Source: Candidatus Woesebacteria bacterium (GTDB taxonomy: Bacteria; Patescibacteriota; Microgenomatia; UBA8517). From it: a stretch of 64,000 bases of DNA. Under the pieces are notes generated by a model that was not told the origin of the DNA, made no database searches, and saw nothing but the letters and a program-made list of their open reading frames with translations. The position numbers and the translations under genes were made by a program. The stretch spans positions 793,501 through 857,500 of the forward strand of contig CP066686.1 in NCBI GenBank assembly GCA_016432365.1. Direction: 5' to 3'. Below, one piece after another: positions 1-9,659 of this stretch; positions within the stretch are counted from its first letter, which is position 1; each line of letters starts with the position of its first letter.

Positions 1-29
1 ATGAACAAATAAATGATGTCATAAACAAA

Positions 30-248
30 ATGGAGGGTACTTATTACGACTTAATGGAACCAGGTAAGCATTATCTGTCGGTAAATAGTGGTGTTGATGA
101 AGACAAAGATGCCAAATTTAACTTTTCCGGTTTTAGATATATAGGTAATTATCCATATACAACCGAACAGGATGTAAAAAATGCATTAGACGACCTTCAA
201 AGAGTACTTTTGGAACGTTTTAGAGAAAAAATAAAAAGAATCAAATAA
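30..248 (+). CDS. small hypothetical protein (72 aa)
   Basis: Complete ORF with an in-frame stop just upstream. Hydrophilic, no recognisable motif. Immediately precedes the M20 peptidase gene. Confidence 0.3.
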   Translation: MEGTYYDLMEPGKHYLSVNSGVDEDKDAKFNFSGFRYIGNYPYTTEQDVKNALDDLQRVLLERFREKIKRIK

Positions 249-249
249 T

Positions 250-1452
250 ATGTCTACTGAACGAGAACAAATTGTTGATTTAACAACAAAGTTAGTTAAA
301 ATACCATCTATTTCAATTGAACCAAAAGACGCGCCTGAAGATCGTGTCAGGAAAAGAGATGCAGCAGTCCAGGTATTAAACCTTGTATCTGAATATCTGG
401 CAAGAACCGATGGGATTACCAGCGAAACATTTGAAAACAACGGCGTTGTATCAAGACTGTGGGGAAGTAGAGAAACTTTTTTGAAACCCAAACTACTTCT
501 TTCGGGACACATCGACGTAGTCAATGCTCCCACAAATTTTTTTACTCCAAAATTAGATAAAGAAAAATTAATTGGTCGCGGTACCGGAGATATGAAGGGG
601 CATGTCGCCGCCTTAGTGATGGCATATAAAAAGTGGATTTTAGAGAATAAATCATCGAAAGGTGTTGGTTTACTTCTAACCTCGGATGAAGAGGTCGGCG
701 GATTTAATGGCGCCAGGTATGTTATAGAAAAGGGTTTACTTAGACCTGGTGTAGTTTTCATTCCAGATGGAGAATTCTCTTTTAATATCGTGGATTCTCA
801 AAAAGCACCTCATCACTTTCATGTTAAAGCAATGAGCAAAGATGGTGGTGGCCATGTTTCCAGAGCTTTCAAAATTGATAATCCTGTTAACCATATCGTA
901 AGTCTTTATCAAGAAATGAGGAAAAAATACGCACTTGCGACACCAGATAACGATTGGCAATCGACTTTTGAAATGACAGCTTTTTCAACTGGGAACGGAC
1001 AAGGTGAAAACAAATCTTCGAATTCAGCAAATCAAATAGCAGAATGGGCTGAAGCCTGGTTTGGGTGGCGTTGGCCGCTAGAAGTAAAGATTGATGGAAA
1101 ACCAGCAACATACCAAACAGGTATGGCGGACCTCAAAGATCTAGCAGAAAAATACGGCGTCGAAATATTAAAAGACGAACATGGATTTGGCGAAGGATGT
1201 TATACAGACCCAAATCTTGATTCAGTCAAACGGTGGATAAGAGTTATTGAACCAATTGTTAAACAGCCAGTAAATTTCCAACATATGCACGGAGCTACCG
1301 ATGGCAGACATTTTTACAAGTATGGGTCCGATGTTATTGTGACTTCTGGTATAACTGGAGGTGCACATTCAGATCACGAGTGGGTAGACATTGACAGCCT
1401 TGTTAAGTTATCTGAAGCAATCTATAGATATCAAAAAGAAATGACAAAGTAA
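250..1452 (+). CDS. M20-family metallopeptidase (ArgE/DapE/CPG2-like)
   Basis: Metal-binding motifs typical of M20 enzymes: LLSGHIDVV, GRGTGDMKG and SDEEVGG. Length 400 aa fits the family. Confidence 0.75.
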   Translation: MSTEREQIVDLTTKLVKIPSISIEPKDAPEDRVRKRDAAVQVLNLVSEYLARTDGITSETFENNGVVSRLWGSRETFLKPKLLLSGHIDVVNAPTNFFTPKLDKEKLIGRGTGDMKGHVAALVMAYKKWILENKSSKGVGLLLTSDEEVGGFNGARYVIEKGLLRPGVVFIPDGEFSFNIVDSQKAPHHFHVKAMSKDGGGHVSRAFKIDNPVNHIVSLYQEMRKKYALATPDNDWQSTFEMTAFSTGNGQGENKSSNSANQIAEWAEAWFGWRWPLEVKIDGKPATYQTGMADLKDLAEKYGVEILKDEHGFGEGCYTDPNLDSVKRWIRVIEPIVKQPVNFQHMHGATDGRHFYKYGSDVIVTSGITGGAHSDHEWVDIDSLVKLSEAIYRYQKEMTK

Positions 1453-1459
1453 GGTTTTC

Positions 1460-1487
1460 TTGAAAACTTGCCCCAAAGGTGTACAAT
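1460..1487 (+). promoter_or_regulatory. sigma70-like promoter (TTGAAA-16nt-TACAAT)
   Basis: TTGAAA at 1460-1465 and TACAAT at 1482-1487, about 30 nt upstream of the tyrS-like start at 1516. Confidence 0.35.
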
Positions 1488-1515
1488 GCCCATGAGTTAA
1501 AAATAATATATAGAT

Positions 1516-2781
1516 ATGAGTGAAAGATTATTAAACGAAATAAAAGAATCAGAAAAAGAAGCAGTCTCGGTAAGAGAAACTTTAACGAGATCGATTGCCG
1601 TTGATGACGAAGGGAAAAGGATGGTCATGCCAGACTCCCGTGGTTTAGAAGAGTTGATGGGCAAAAAAAGAGTTAGGCTTTATCTTGGGATTGACCCAAC
1701 AAGTCCTGAGCTTCATATAGGTCATACGGTGCCTCTAAGAAAATTAAGGCAGTTCCAGGAATTGGGTCATGAAGTAAATTTGCTTTTCGGTGGGTTTACC
1801 GCAACCATCGGAGACCCCAGCGACAGAACCGCAACCAGAATCAAGCTCACACGAGCACAAGTAGAAAGCAATATGTCCGATTATGTTGAGCAGGCCGGAA
1901 AAATACTTGATTTATCACCAACTGCAAAAAACAAAATAACATTGAGGAATAATGCCGACTGGCTATCTAAACTCACATTTGAAGACGTAACGGAGTTGGC
2001 CGCAAACTTTTCCGTACAACAAATGATGAACCGATCCACATATAAAAATAGGTACGCCACCGGAACAACAATCGGACTTCATGAATTTTTATATCCGCTC
2101 ATGCAGGGATGGGACTCGGTAGCAATGGATGTTGACTTGGAAGTAGGCGGAAAAGACCAAGTTCCAAACATGCTGGATGGAAGAACTTTGGTTAAAAATT
2201 ATAAAAATCACGAGAAGTGGGTGCTTGGAACAAGACTCATTGAGGATCCAAATGGAAAAAAGATGGGCAAAACTGAAGGGAATATTGTTAACATCCGCGA
2301 TCTCCCCGAGGTTAAATATGAAGGAATTATGACCTGGCCCGACAGCGCAATCGCAATGGGATTTGAACTCATAACATCGATCCCAATGGAACAAGTTGAA
2401 ATTGTTAAAGAGTTACTTGCCAAAGGTGAACTTGATCCAATGAAAACTAAGGAGGCGCTTGCTTTTAGGGTTGTCCAAGAACTCGATGGCATAGAAGCTG
2501 CAAAATATGCACAAGAAGAATTTAATAGAGTTAAAAGGCAGGGCCTTCTACCAAGAAGAATGCGAGAGGTTAGTGTCGCCAAAGGAACCAACCTATCGTC
2601 CATCTTGCTATCGTCCGGCCTAGTAAAAAACAAAGAAGAGGCTTTATTTAAAATTGCTCAAAAGTCTGTATTTATTGACAACATACAATTTGGAAAAGAC
2701 GTTGTTTGGCCAGCAAACGCCGAAACAATCGCAACCGGAAAGAAAACAATTAGAAATATCAGAAGAGTTGTAATTGGATGA
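1516..2781 (+). CDS. tyrS: tyrosyl-tRNA synthetase, copy 1 (canonical HIGH motif)
   Basis: Class I aaRS: DPTSPELHIGH, GGFTATIGDPSDR (TyrRS-type), KMGKT (KMSKS) and a C-terminal S4-like domain. Confidence 0.8.
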   Translation: MSERLLNEIKESEKEAVSVRETLTRSIAVDDEGKRMVMPDSRGLEELMGKKRVRLYLGIDPTSPELHIGHTVPLRKLRQFQELGHEVNLLFGGFTATIGDPSDRTATRIKLTRAQVESNMSDYVEQAGKILDLSPTAKNKITLRNNADWLSKLTFEDVTELAANFSVQQMMNRSTYKNRYATGTTIGLHEFLYPLMQGWDSVAMDVDLEVGGKDQVPNMLDGRTLVKNYKNHEKWVLGTRLIEDPNGKKMGKTEGNIVNIRDLPEVKYEGIMTWPDSAIAMGFELITSIPMEQVEIVKELLAKGELDPMKTKEALAFRVVQELDGIEAAKYAQEEFNRVKRQGLLPRRMREVSVAKGTNLSSILLSSGLVKNKEEALFKIAQKSVFIDNIQFGKDVVWPANAETIATGKKTIRNIRRVVIG

Positions 2782-3644
2782 ACTATTTGTCTCCCGAAGC
2801 AAAGTTTTCTTATACAGACTTATTCCCGCAATACATTTCATTGGAAAAGGCTCTAGGGCCTCACAACTTAAAAGCTTTTTCTTTCACTAGTGGCGAACAG
2901 TTACTGCCATTTAAAGAAATGCTAAATCCTAAGTTCCAAAAACTTTGGGCGAGCGCATTGAGTCGTTCTTCAACCGACAATCTCGTTATCGAAGATTCTT
3001 CAGAATATCCATATTTGCCTACCGATAAAGTAATAATTATTAAAAACAGTCAGGGTGAAATTCCCGTCTTTTTTTCTTACAGAGATGTCGCGACAACCGA
3101 TAGCAGGGGACTATACCTTCACATTTGCCTTGTAGACAAGAAATACCAGGGAATGGGGCTGATGAGAGCCTTAACAAAATACGTTATAGATGAAGCTCCC
3201 TCGACCTTACGGTCGGGGTATCTTCTCCCAAGCTTCGTCGGGAGCGGAATCCCTCCGAAGCGAAACTCTTCGCTTCCATCCGAGAGCTCGCGCTCGGGGT
3301 ATTTCGCGAAGGGGGATAAAACAAAACCGGGATTTATCTCTCTCATGACACAAAATGAACACATGGTCCAAACTCTAAGGCCTTTTTGTCCGCCAGGATC
3401 TCTTTACCCAATTGATGGCAAACCACCGGAGGAAATATTGGCAATTGCCAATAACTTAATACCACACGAATCCAACTTTGATAAAAACACATTTGTCTGG
3501 AAACGAGTTTATTCAAACGGGTCACCGCTTTATGGAGATCGAATGGAAAGACATTCAAATCATCCTGAAATTAGAAATTATTTTGAAAAGAATATTAATT
3601 TTCAAGATGGTGACGCAGTACTTATTGTTGGAAAGTTGAAGTAA
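2778..3644 (+). CDS. hypothetical protein, possibly GNAT-like, with a GC-rich internal segment
   Basis: YQGMGLMRAL resembles the GNAT acetyl-CoA motif Q/RxxGxG/A. A ~120-nt GC-rich stretch encodes the low-complexity peptide LRSGYLLPSFVGSGIPPKRNSSLPSESSRSGYF. Confidence 0.35.
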   Translation: MNYLSPEAKFSYTDLFPQYISLEKALGPHNLKAFSFTSGEQLLPFKEMLNPKFQKLWASALSRSSTDNLVIEDSSEYPYLPTDKVIIIKNSQGEIPVFFSYRDVATTDSRGLYLHICLVDKKYQGMGLMRALTKYVIDEAPSTLRSGYLLPSFVGSGIPPKRNSSLPSESSRSGYFAKGDKTKPGFISLMTQNEHMVQTLRPFCPPGSLYPIDGKPPEEILAIANNLIPHESNFDKNTFVWKRVYSNGSPLYGDRMERHSNHPEIRNYFEKNINFQDGDAVLIVGKLK

Positions 3645-3701
3645 AGTTTATCGCTCATTCAAATACAAAATTTAGGTCAAATATCCACTTGGAGGTGGAA
3701 C

Positions 3702-4610
3702 ATGATTATTACAAATCTATACAAAAAGTATGAGTACATCTGGCTGTCGTTGATCGTTGTACTTACCTGGGGTTTCGTCCCGCTTTTTGCCAAAGTAGGA
3801 GATCTCGCTGGAGGTCAAACCACCATGTGGGTAAATTGGTTTGGAGTTGTGGGAGTAATCGCCATAATGGCAGTAATTGGAGAACTTGGTAACATTAAAA
3901 AAGGGTTACCATATTTTACCTTTGTAAAAATAGGGTTGGTTTGGCCATTGGCCTACTCACTGGCCTACTTCAACGCAATAAAATTTGGCGGACCTTCCCT
4001 GGCAACGATCGCCAATTACACCTGGCCTGCATTTGCAATGCTTTTCTCATACTCAATGTTGAAAAGCAAAAAAACCGGTAGGGATTGGGCCGTTGTTTTA
4101 CTTGCAATTCTGGGAGTATCTATTCCAGTCTTACTTGAAGGCAACTTGAAAATATTGCTTTTACCACTGACCCTTGGGATCTTCGCGGCCATTGCCCAAG
4201 CATATTTCAACGTTCGCACAAGCTCATTCCCAAATAATTGGGCCTGGGTTCTCACGTTCGTCGTTCAACTTGTCACTGCTATCGGCGCAACAATTTATGC
4301 GATGCTTTTCGAAAGTATCACAATTCCATCCCTCACCACATTAGGGTATCTTGCATTCCTGGGGGTGGTTTCCGGCTCTGTCGGGTTCTGGGCATTTATT
4401 AAAGCCGGACAAGTCGCCCACAATCTTGGTGACAAAGAGGAAATTACATTCTACATCTTGATGTGCCTTACACCTCTTGCCCAGGTATTCGCCTTATTGA
4501 TACCCTTCTGGCATGTAGAATCTGTAAGCCCGCTGCGCTGGATTGGCGTCATGCTTGTTAGCTCGTGTTTTTTGATTTATAAAATCTTAACACGAGAAAA
4601 AAATAAATAG
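3702..4610 (+). CDS. EamA/DMT-family membrane transporter
   Basis: About 10 predicted TM helices in a two-repeat arrangement typical of drug/metabolite transporters. Confidence 0.5.
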   Translation: MIITNLYKKYEYIWLSLIVVLTWGFVPLFAKVGDLAGGQTTMWVNWFGVVGVIAIMAVIGELGNIKKGLPYFTFVKIGLVWPLAYSLAYFNAIKFGGPSLATIANYTWPAFAMLFSYSMLKSKKTGRDWAVVLLAILGVSIPVLLEGNLKILLLPLTLGIFAAIAQAYFNVRTSSFPNNWAWVLTFVVQLVTAIGATIYAMLFESITIPSLTTLGYLAFLGVVSGSVGFWAFIKAGQVAHNLGDKEEITFYILMCLTPLAQVFALLIPFWHVESVSPLRWIGVMLVSSCFLIYKILTREKNK

Positions 4611-4611
4611 G

Positions 4612-4655
4612 TCTAAGACCTCTTCTTTATCAAAAAAGGAGAGGTCTTTTTTTAT
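4612..4655 (+). terminator. rho-independent terminator
   Basis: AAGACCTCTTC...GGAGAGGTCTT stem followed by a T7 run, directly after the transporter stop. Confidence 0.6.
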
Positions 4656-4685
4656 TACGCAAATTATAGTAATATCAGCTTAGAT

Positions 4686-5840
4686 ATGAAGTTCTCAATC
4701 GATGACGTTTTAACCCGTGGAGTACAACAAGTTTTACCTGATAAAAAAGCGTTAGCGGAGCTCATGGCAAAAAGAAAAATCAAACTCTACCAAGGGTTTG
4801 ACCCGTCGGCCCCGTCACTCCATCTTGGTAATTTTGTAGGCCTGATGAAACTTAGGCAGTTCCAGAAATTGGGACATGAAGTAATTTTCTTGGTAGGGGA
4901 CTTTACCGGAATGATAGGGGACCCAACCGATAAACTTGCTACCAGAAAAAAGTTGACTCGTGAACAAGTTTTGGAAAACGCAAAAGCCTGGTATAAACAG
5001 GCGGGAAAAGTTTTAGATTTTGAAGGCAAAAATCCCGCCAAGATTCTATTTAATTCCGAATGGAGTGACAAGATTACTTTCAAAGATTTAATTGAAATTA
5101 CTTCAAATGTAACCGTTCAGCAAATGATTGAACGCGATATGTTCCAGGAAAGATTAAAAACTAACACCCCTATATATCTCCATGAATTTTTATACCCAAT
5201 AGCTCAAGGATACGATTGTGTGATGATGGACGTAGATCTGGAAATTGGCGGCAACGATCAACTTTTCAACATGATGATGGGAAGAACTCTAATGAAAGCA
5301 ATTAAAAATAAAGAAAAATATGTGCTTACGACAAAACTTTTAGTGGATAAAGAAGGTAAAAAAGTTGGCAAGACCACAGGAAATGCATTGTTTTTGGATG
5401 GCCAGCCCGAGGATTTCTATGCCGGCATTATGTCCTTTCCGGACGAGGTAATTTATTTAAGCTTTGAACTCCTTACAGAAATAGATCTTAACGGTTTGGA
5501 AGAAAAAATTAAAAAATCCCCAATGGAAGAAAAGAAGCATTTGGCCTTTGAGATCGTTAAGTTTCTTTGGGGAACAAGCGCCGCCACTTTAGCCGAGCAA
5601 AAATTTGCAAAAACTTTTCAACAAAAAGCACCTGAATTCGACAAAAGTGTTAAGGCAGGTGAAAGTCTGGCTGTTACGATAACACCCTTTACGTCACTTG
5701 CCAGCGTAAGTGATGCAAAAAGGCTTCTTAAACAAAACGCGGTAGAAGTTAACGGTCAAAAAGTAACCGTTACTTCTTACACCGTAAAGCCTGGCGATGA
5801 AATAAAAGTTGGTGCAAGAACATTTTTGAAAGCAAAATGA
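4686..5840 (+). CDS. tyrosyl-tRNA synthetase paralog, copy 2 (HLGN variant of HIGH)
   Basis: YQGFDPSAPSLHLGNFVGL, GDFTGMIGDPTDK, KVGKT and a C-terminal S4-like domain. The second His of HIGH is replaced by Asn. Confidence 0.75.
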   Translation: MKFSIDDVLTRGVQQVLPDKKALAELMAKRKIKLYQGFDPSAPSLHLGNFVGLMKLRQFQKLGHEVIFLVGDFTGMIGDPTDKLATRKKLTREQVLENAKAWYKQAGKVLDFEGKNPAKILFNSEWSDKITFKDLIEITSNVTVQQMIERDMFQERLKTNTPIYLHEFLYPIAQGYDCVMMDVDLEIGGNDQLFNMMMGRTLMKAIKNKEKYVLTTKLLVDKEGKKVGKTTGNALFLDGQPEDFYAGIMSFPDEVIYLSFELLTEIDLNGLEEKIKKSPMEEKKHLAFEIVKFLWGTSAATLAEQKFAKTFQQKAPEFDKSVKAGESLAVTITPFTSLASVSDAKRLLKQNAVEVNGQKVTVTSYTVKPGDEIKVGARTFLKAK

Positions 5841-5941
5841 TATCCAAAAAAGGTAAAAAAATATTTGTAGTTATAACAATAATCTCCTCTTTGGCCCTTC
5901 TGGCCGGAGCGATATTGCCTTATATTCTATACACAAGGTAG
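5837..5941 (+). CDS. small hydrophobic membrane peptide (34 aa)
   Basis: MISKKGKKIFVVITIISSLALLAGAILPYILYTR. Its ATG overlaps the tyrS-2 TGA stop (ATGA), consistent with translational coupling. Confidence 0.3.
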   Translation: MISKKGKKIFVVITIISSLALLAGAILPYILYTR

Positions 5942-5957
5942 TTATATAATTGGCAGT

Positions 5958-7958
5958 ATGGACTTAAATTCTCCCATTTCCGATCTCCCCAAAGTTGGGC
6001 CAATATTTGAAAAGAAATTTGAACGATTAGGGATTAATACCATCGAGAACCTCTTTTACCATGTTCCTTCGCGCTATCTGGACTATTCATTAATAACAAC
6101 TATTAACAAACTTCGAGCGGATGAAACAGTTACCATTCACGTCAAAATTGTCTCCATCACAAATATTTTTTCCAAAAGGGGAGTGCGAATGCAAATCGGG
6201 TCCGTGGAGGATGAAACGGGCAAACTAATGGTTGTTTGGTTTAACCAGCCGTTTCTTTTAAAAATGTTATACCCGGGAAGGCTTGTTTCGTTGTCCGGAA
6301 AAGTCGGATTTTTTAATAGAAAATTATGTTTGAGTTCACCCGATTACGAAATACTGGACGAGGAAGGAGACCAAACTTTCCACACAGGCCGTTTTGTACC
6401 CGTTTATCCCGAAACTTCGGGTCTTTCTTCCAAATGGCTTAGAACCAAAATCCGCGACGCATTTGCTGTAAGTGAAATCAAAGAATATTTACCAAAAGAT
6501 GTATTGACAAGGTCGGACCTTGTCAGTCTGAAGGAGGCGATACGGGAAGTTCATTTCCCTGAAAATCTGGAGGAAGCGGAGGAGGGGAGAAAAAGATTGG
6601 CTTTTAATGAAGTCTTAAATCTTCAATTAAAAAGTTTAATCAGAAAATCAAACTGGAAAGAAAATCGCGTCACCAACAAATTAAAAATTGACAGCTCGGC
6701 TATCTACAAGTTTATTGAATCCCTGCCTTTCAAATTAACCGATTCGCAATCAAAAACGATCAATGAAATCTTAAAAGATTTGGGGGGTGAAATCCCGATG
6801 AACAGACTCTTGGAAGGGGACGTGGGCAGTGGAAAAACAGTTGTAGCGGCAGTTGGCGCGTTTGCGGCTTTCCTCAACGGTTATCAAACTTTGATAATGG
6901 CACCCACTCAAATTTTGGCAACTCAGCATTACGAAACTCTCAATCGTCTTTTTTCCAAATTCAAACTTCGTCTCTCGCTTCTAACATCCAGCGTCAAACT
7001 TCACGATCTTGGACGAACAGATATCTTTGTTGGCACTCATTCATTAATTCACAGTAAAGTTGACTTTAGTAAAGTAGCCTTTGTAGTTATCGACGAACAA
7101 CATAGATTTGGCGTTGAGCAAAGAAGACACTTGGTTAAAAGAACAGGGACCCCACATGTATTAACAATGACCGCTACCCCAATTCCAAGAACTGTTGCCT
7201 TAACCACATACGGAGATCTGGATTTGTCGGTCTTGACCGAAATGCCGAAAGGCAGACAAAAAGTCACAACTTGGGTCGTGCCGGAGGAAAAAAGAGAAGG
7301 AGCATACGAGTGGATGAAGAAACAAATAGTGACCGAGAAATCGCAAATATTTATCGTTTGTCCATTAATAGAGGACTCAGAGACTGAAACAATGAAAGAT
7401 ATAAAGTCAGTCACTTCCGAATTCTTAAATCTTAAATCTGTATTCATAAATCAAAAACTCGGGCTGCTCCACGGAAGATTAAAATCAATAGAAAAAGAGA
7501 AAGTATTAAATGAATTTCGTGAGGGTAAAACAGATATTCTAGTGGCAACACCCGTGGTTGAAGTTGGGATAGATATTCCCAATGCCACCATTATGATGAT
7601 TGAAGGTGCAGAACGTTTTGGCCTTGCAGGACTTCACCAACTCAGGGGCAGGGTGGGTAGGGGCAGTAAACAGTCATATTGTCTACTATTCTCCAACTTT
7701 CACTCAGGTATGGCCTACACGCGCCTAAAAGCGATGGAAAAGAGTCATTCCGGCTTTGAGTTGGCAGAACTGGACCTTAAGCTCAGAGGCCCGGGCGAGA
7801 TCTTCGGAACAGCCCAATCAGGCTTCCCCGAGCTCAAAATTGCCTCTTGGAACAACTTTGAACTGATCAAAGCGACTAAAGAAGTTGCGGAGGATATAAT
7901 TAAAAACCCCAAAAAATACCCCTTGGTAAAAACCAAATTCGAAGCCTCAACTGTATAA
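5958..7958 (+). CDS. recG: ATP-dependent DNA helicase RecG
   Basis: N-terminal wedge/OB region, Walker A GDVGSGKT, DEQHRFGV (DExH) and helicase C motifs. Length 666 aa. Confidence 0.85.
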   Translation: MDLNSPISDLPKVGPIFEKKFERLGINTIENLFYHVPSRYLDYSLITTINKLRADETVTIHVKIVSITNIFSKRGVRMQIGSVEDETGKLMVVWFNQPFLLKMLYPGRLVSLSGKVGFFNRKLCLSSPDYEILDEEGDQTFHTGRFVPVYPETSGLSSKWLRTKIRDAFAVSEIKEYLPKDVLTRSDLVSLKEAIREVHFPENLEEAEEGRKRLAFNEVLNLQLKSLIRKSNWKENRVTNKLKIDSSAIYKFIESLPFKLTDSQSKTINEILKDLGGEIPMNRLLEGDVGSGKTVVAAVGAFAAFLNGYQTLIMAPTQILATQHYETLNRLFSKFKLRLSLLTSSVKLHDLGRTDIFVGTHSLIHSKVDFSKVAFVVIDEQHRFGVEQRRHLVKRTGTPHVLTMTATPIPRTVALTTYGDLDLSVLTEMPKGRQKVTTWVVPEEKREGAYEWMKKQIVTEKSQIFIVCPLIEDSETETMKDIKSVTSEFLNLKSVFINQKLGLLHGRLKSIEKEKVLNEFREGKTDILVATPVVEVGIDIPNATIMMIEGAERFGLAGLHQLRGRVGRGSKQSYCLLFSNFHSGMAYTRLKAMEKSHSGFELAELDLKLRGPGEIFGTAQSGFPELKIASWNNFELIKATKEVAEDIIKNPKKYPLVKTKFEASTV

Positions 7959-7983
7959 TCTCCATTTCTGGTAAAATAGCCAT

Positions 7984-8784
7984 ATGACAAAGACGTATAT
8001 CGGGCAACACTTTTTAACTAACGAGGTGATTCTTGAAAAAATCGCCGGTTTCGTGCCCAAAAATTCCACGATCTTAGAGATCGGGGCAGGGGAAGGGCAA
8101 CTAACCCGGAAACTGGCAAGGCATGCCAGTCAGATTGAGACCGTGGAAATTGACAAAGATCTTTTACCCACCCTATATTTACTTCTACGAAGTAACAAAA
8201 ACCTCAAAATTACAATCGAAAACGCTCTCACACTCGATTTCCAAAAATACCCAAATTACTGGCTGGTAGGGAACATTCCTTACCACATAACTGAGCCATT
8301 GGTAATGAAGCTTGCGGATACCAACTTCAAAAGTATTATCCTCATGGTAGGAGATTCTTTTGGTAGGGAAGCGACCGCAATTCCTGACAATATGGAAAAT
8401 TTCGGTAAATTATCCTGGATTATTTACGCATATTTTCGAGCAAAAATAGAGTTGGAAGTCGGAAAAGAAAATTTTGATCCCGTTCCCCGTACAGATTCAT
8501 CAGTTTTAGTACTTACCCCTCGAAATCCGGATGAATTCAAAGACGGTAAATTATTTTTAATGCGTTGGCTGGTTCGTAGTATAAAAGGCAACAAACTTAT
8601 CAAAAATGCACTCATGGAGGGAATTATCAGACTTAAAAAGTCTACCAAAAATCAAGCCAAGGAGATTATTTCTAACACAGAGCTTTCCCCTTTACTCCTT
8701 TCAAAACCTTTTGAACAGCTAAACAATGAAGAATATCGCAAATTGTATCAATCCCTCGACATTGTGTTAAAATTATTGAAATGA
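7984..8784 (+). CDS. rsmA: 16S rRNA (adenine1518/1519-N6)-dimethyltransferase RsmA/KsgA
   Basis: GQHFLTNEVILEKIA, the SAM motif ILEIGAGEGQLT and NIPYHIT. Confidence 0.85.
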   Translation: MTKTYIGQHFLTNEVILEKIAGFVPKNSTILEIGAGEGQLTRKLARHASQIETVEIDKDLLPTLYLLLRSNKNLKITIENALTLDFQKYPNYWLVGNIPYHITEPLVMKLADTNFKSIILMVGDSFGREATAIPDNMENFGKLSWIIYAYFRAKIELEVGKENFDPVPRTDSSVLVLTPRNPDEFKDGKLFLMRWLVRSIKGNKLIKNALMEGIIRLKKSTKNQAKEIISNTELSPLLLSKPFEQLNNEEYRKLYQSLDIVLKLLK

Positions 8785-9404
8785 AGCTATTTTTGGTAAG
8801 ACATGGCGAAACTACGGGCAATATCGGCAATCTATATCAAACCTCAAGCACACCACTTTCTACGGAAGGAGAAAACCAAGCAAAAAAAGTTGCGGACCGT
8901 TTTAAAGAGGCTAATATTGATTTAATTTACTCAAGCGCTCACATGAGGGCCGAGGAAACTTCCAAACTAATTTCCAAGGAAACCGGAGCCAAAATAGAAC
9001 TTTGGGAAAAACTGATGGAAATCAGGAGGCCTAGTGAAGTTAGGGGAAAACGTGTTGATGACCCCGATGTGGAAAAAATTATGAAAGAAGTAACCGCAAA
9101 TTTTGCCAATCGGGATTGGAAATATTCGGATGAAGAAAATTTTTTCGATCTTGAGTCCCGGGCTGTCCTGGTTCTTGACCATCTGCTTACAAAACATAGG
9201 GATCAAACTATAATTTGTGTCTCTCATGGCACTTTCATTAAATTCCTGGCCTCAAAGGCGATATTTAGAGACAAACTTACACCTGAAATCTTCGATCTTT
9301 TTAGGCATCACGTTTGGTCAGCAAATACAGGCGTCACAAAGCTCGAATATACCGAAAGATACGGCTGGCGTCTTTCCTACTGGAACGACATTACCCACAT
9401 CTGA
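8781..9404 (+). CDS. histidine phosphatase family protein (phosphoglycerate mutase-like)
   Basis: LVRHGETTGN (the RHG catalytic motif) and a C-terminal SHG. Confidence 0.7.
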   Translation: MKLFLVRHGETTGNIGNLYQTSSTPLSTEGENQAKKVADRFKEANIDLIYSSAHMRAEETSKLISKETGAKIELWEKLMEIRRPSEVRGKRVDDPDVEKIMKEVTANFANRDWKYSDEENFFDLESRAVLVLDHLLTKHRDQTIICVSHGTFIKFLASKAIFRDKLTPEIFDLFRHHVWSANTGVTKLEYTERYGWRLSYWNDITHI

Positions 9405-9451
9405 GTGACTGCCAATTGTTAATTCTTAATTATTAATTTATAATTGAGCCT

Positions 9452-9610
9452 ATGGTTCCATTACCAAAGAGAAAACATACAAGAAGTAGAACCGGAATCA
9501 GACGTGGAGGACAACCTAAAATGGTTCTTTCGAACCTAACAAAGTGCACCAGTTGTGGAAAATTGAAGGAAAATCACCGCGCATGCCCATATTGTGGCTT
9601 CTGGCGTTAA
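9452..9610 (+). CDS. rpmF: 50S ribosomal protein L32
   Basis: [52 protein letters not shown]. Below the 60-aa cutoff of the ORF track; Cys4 zinc ribbon. Confidence 0.75.
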   Translation: MVPLPKRKHTRSRTGIRRGGQPKMVLSNLTKCTSCGKLKENHRACPYCGFWR

Positions 9611-9659
9611 TCCCTCTTGTCACTTGTCTCTTGTCGCTTGCCACTCTATACTAAATTCG

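Noticed and set aside
186-761. 191-aa ORF on the minus strand overlapping the M20 peptidase gene
   Set aside because: Entirely antisense to a well-supported CDS, so it is a shadow ORF. The same applies to other antisense ORFs in the track, for example 2208-2633, 7049-7447, 16110-16550, 25713-26009, 38360-38869, 45496-45939 and 52241-52603.
9217-9408. 63-aa plus-strand ORF in an alternative frame of the histidine phosphatase gene
   Set aside because: It overlaps a CDS that has a clear family signature, and it has no motif of its own.
9594-9659. Upstream extension of nusB overlapping rpmF
   Set aside because: NusB homologs start near [14 protein letters not shown]. The extension would overlap the L32 coding region in another frame.
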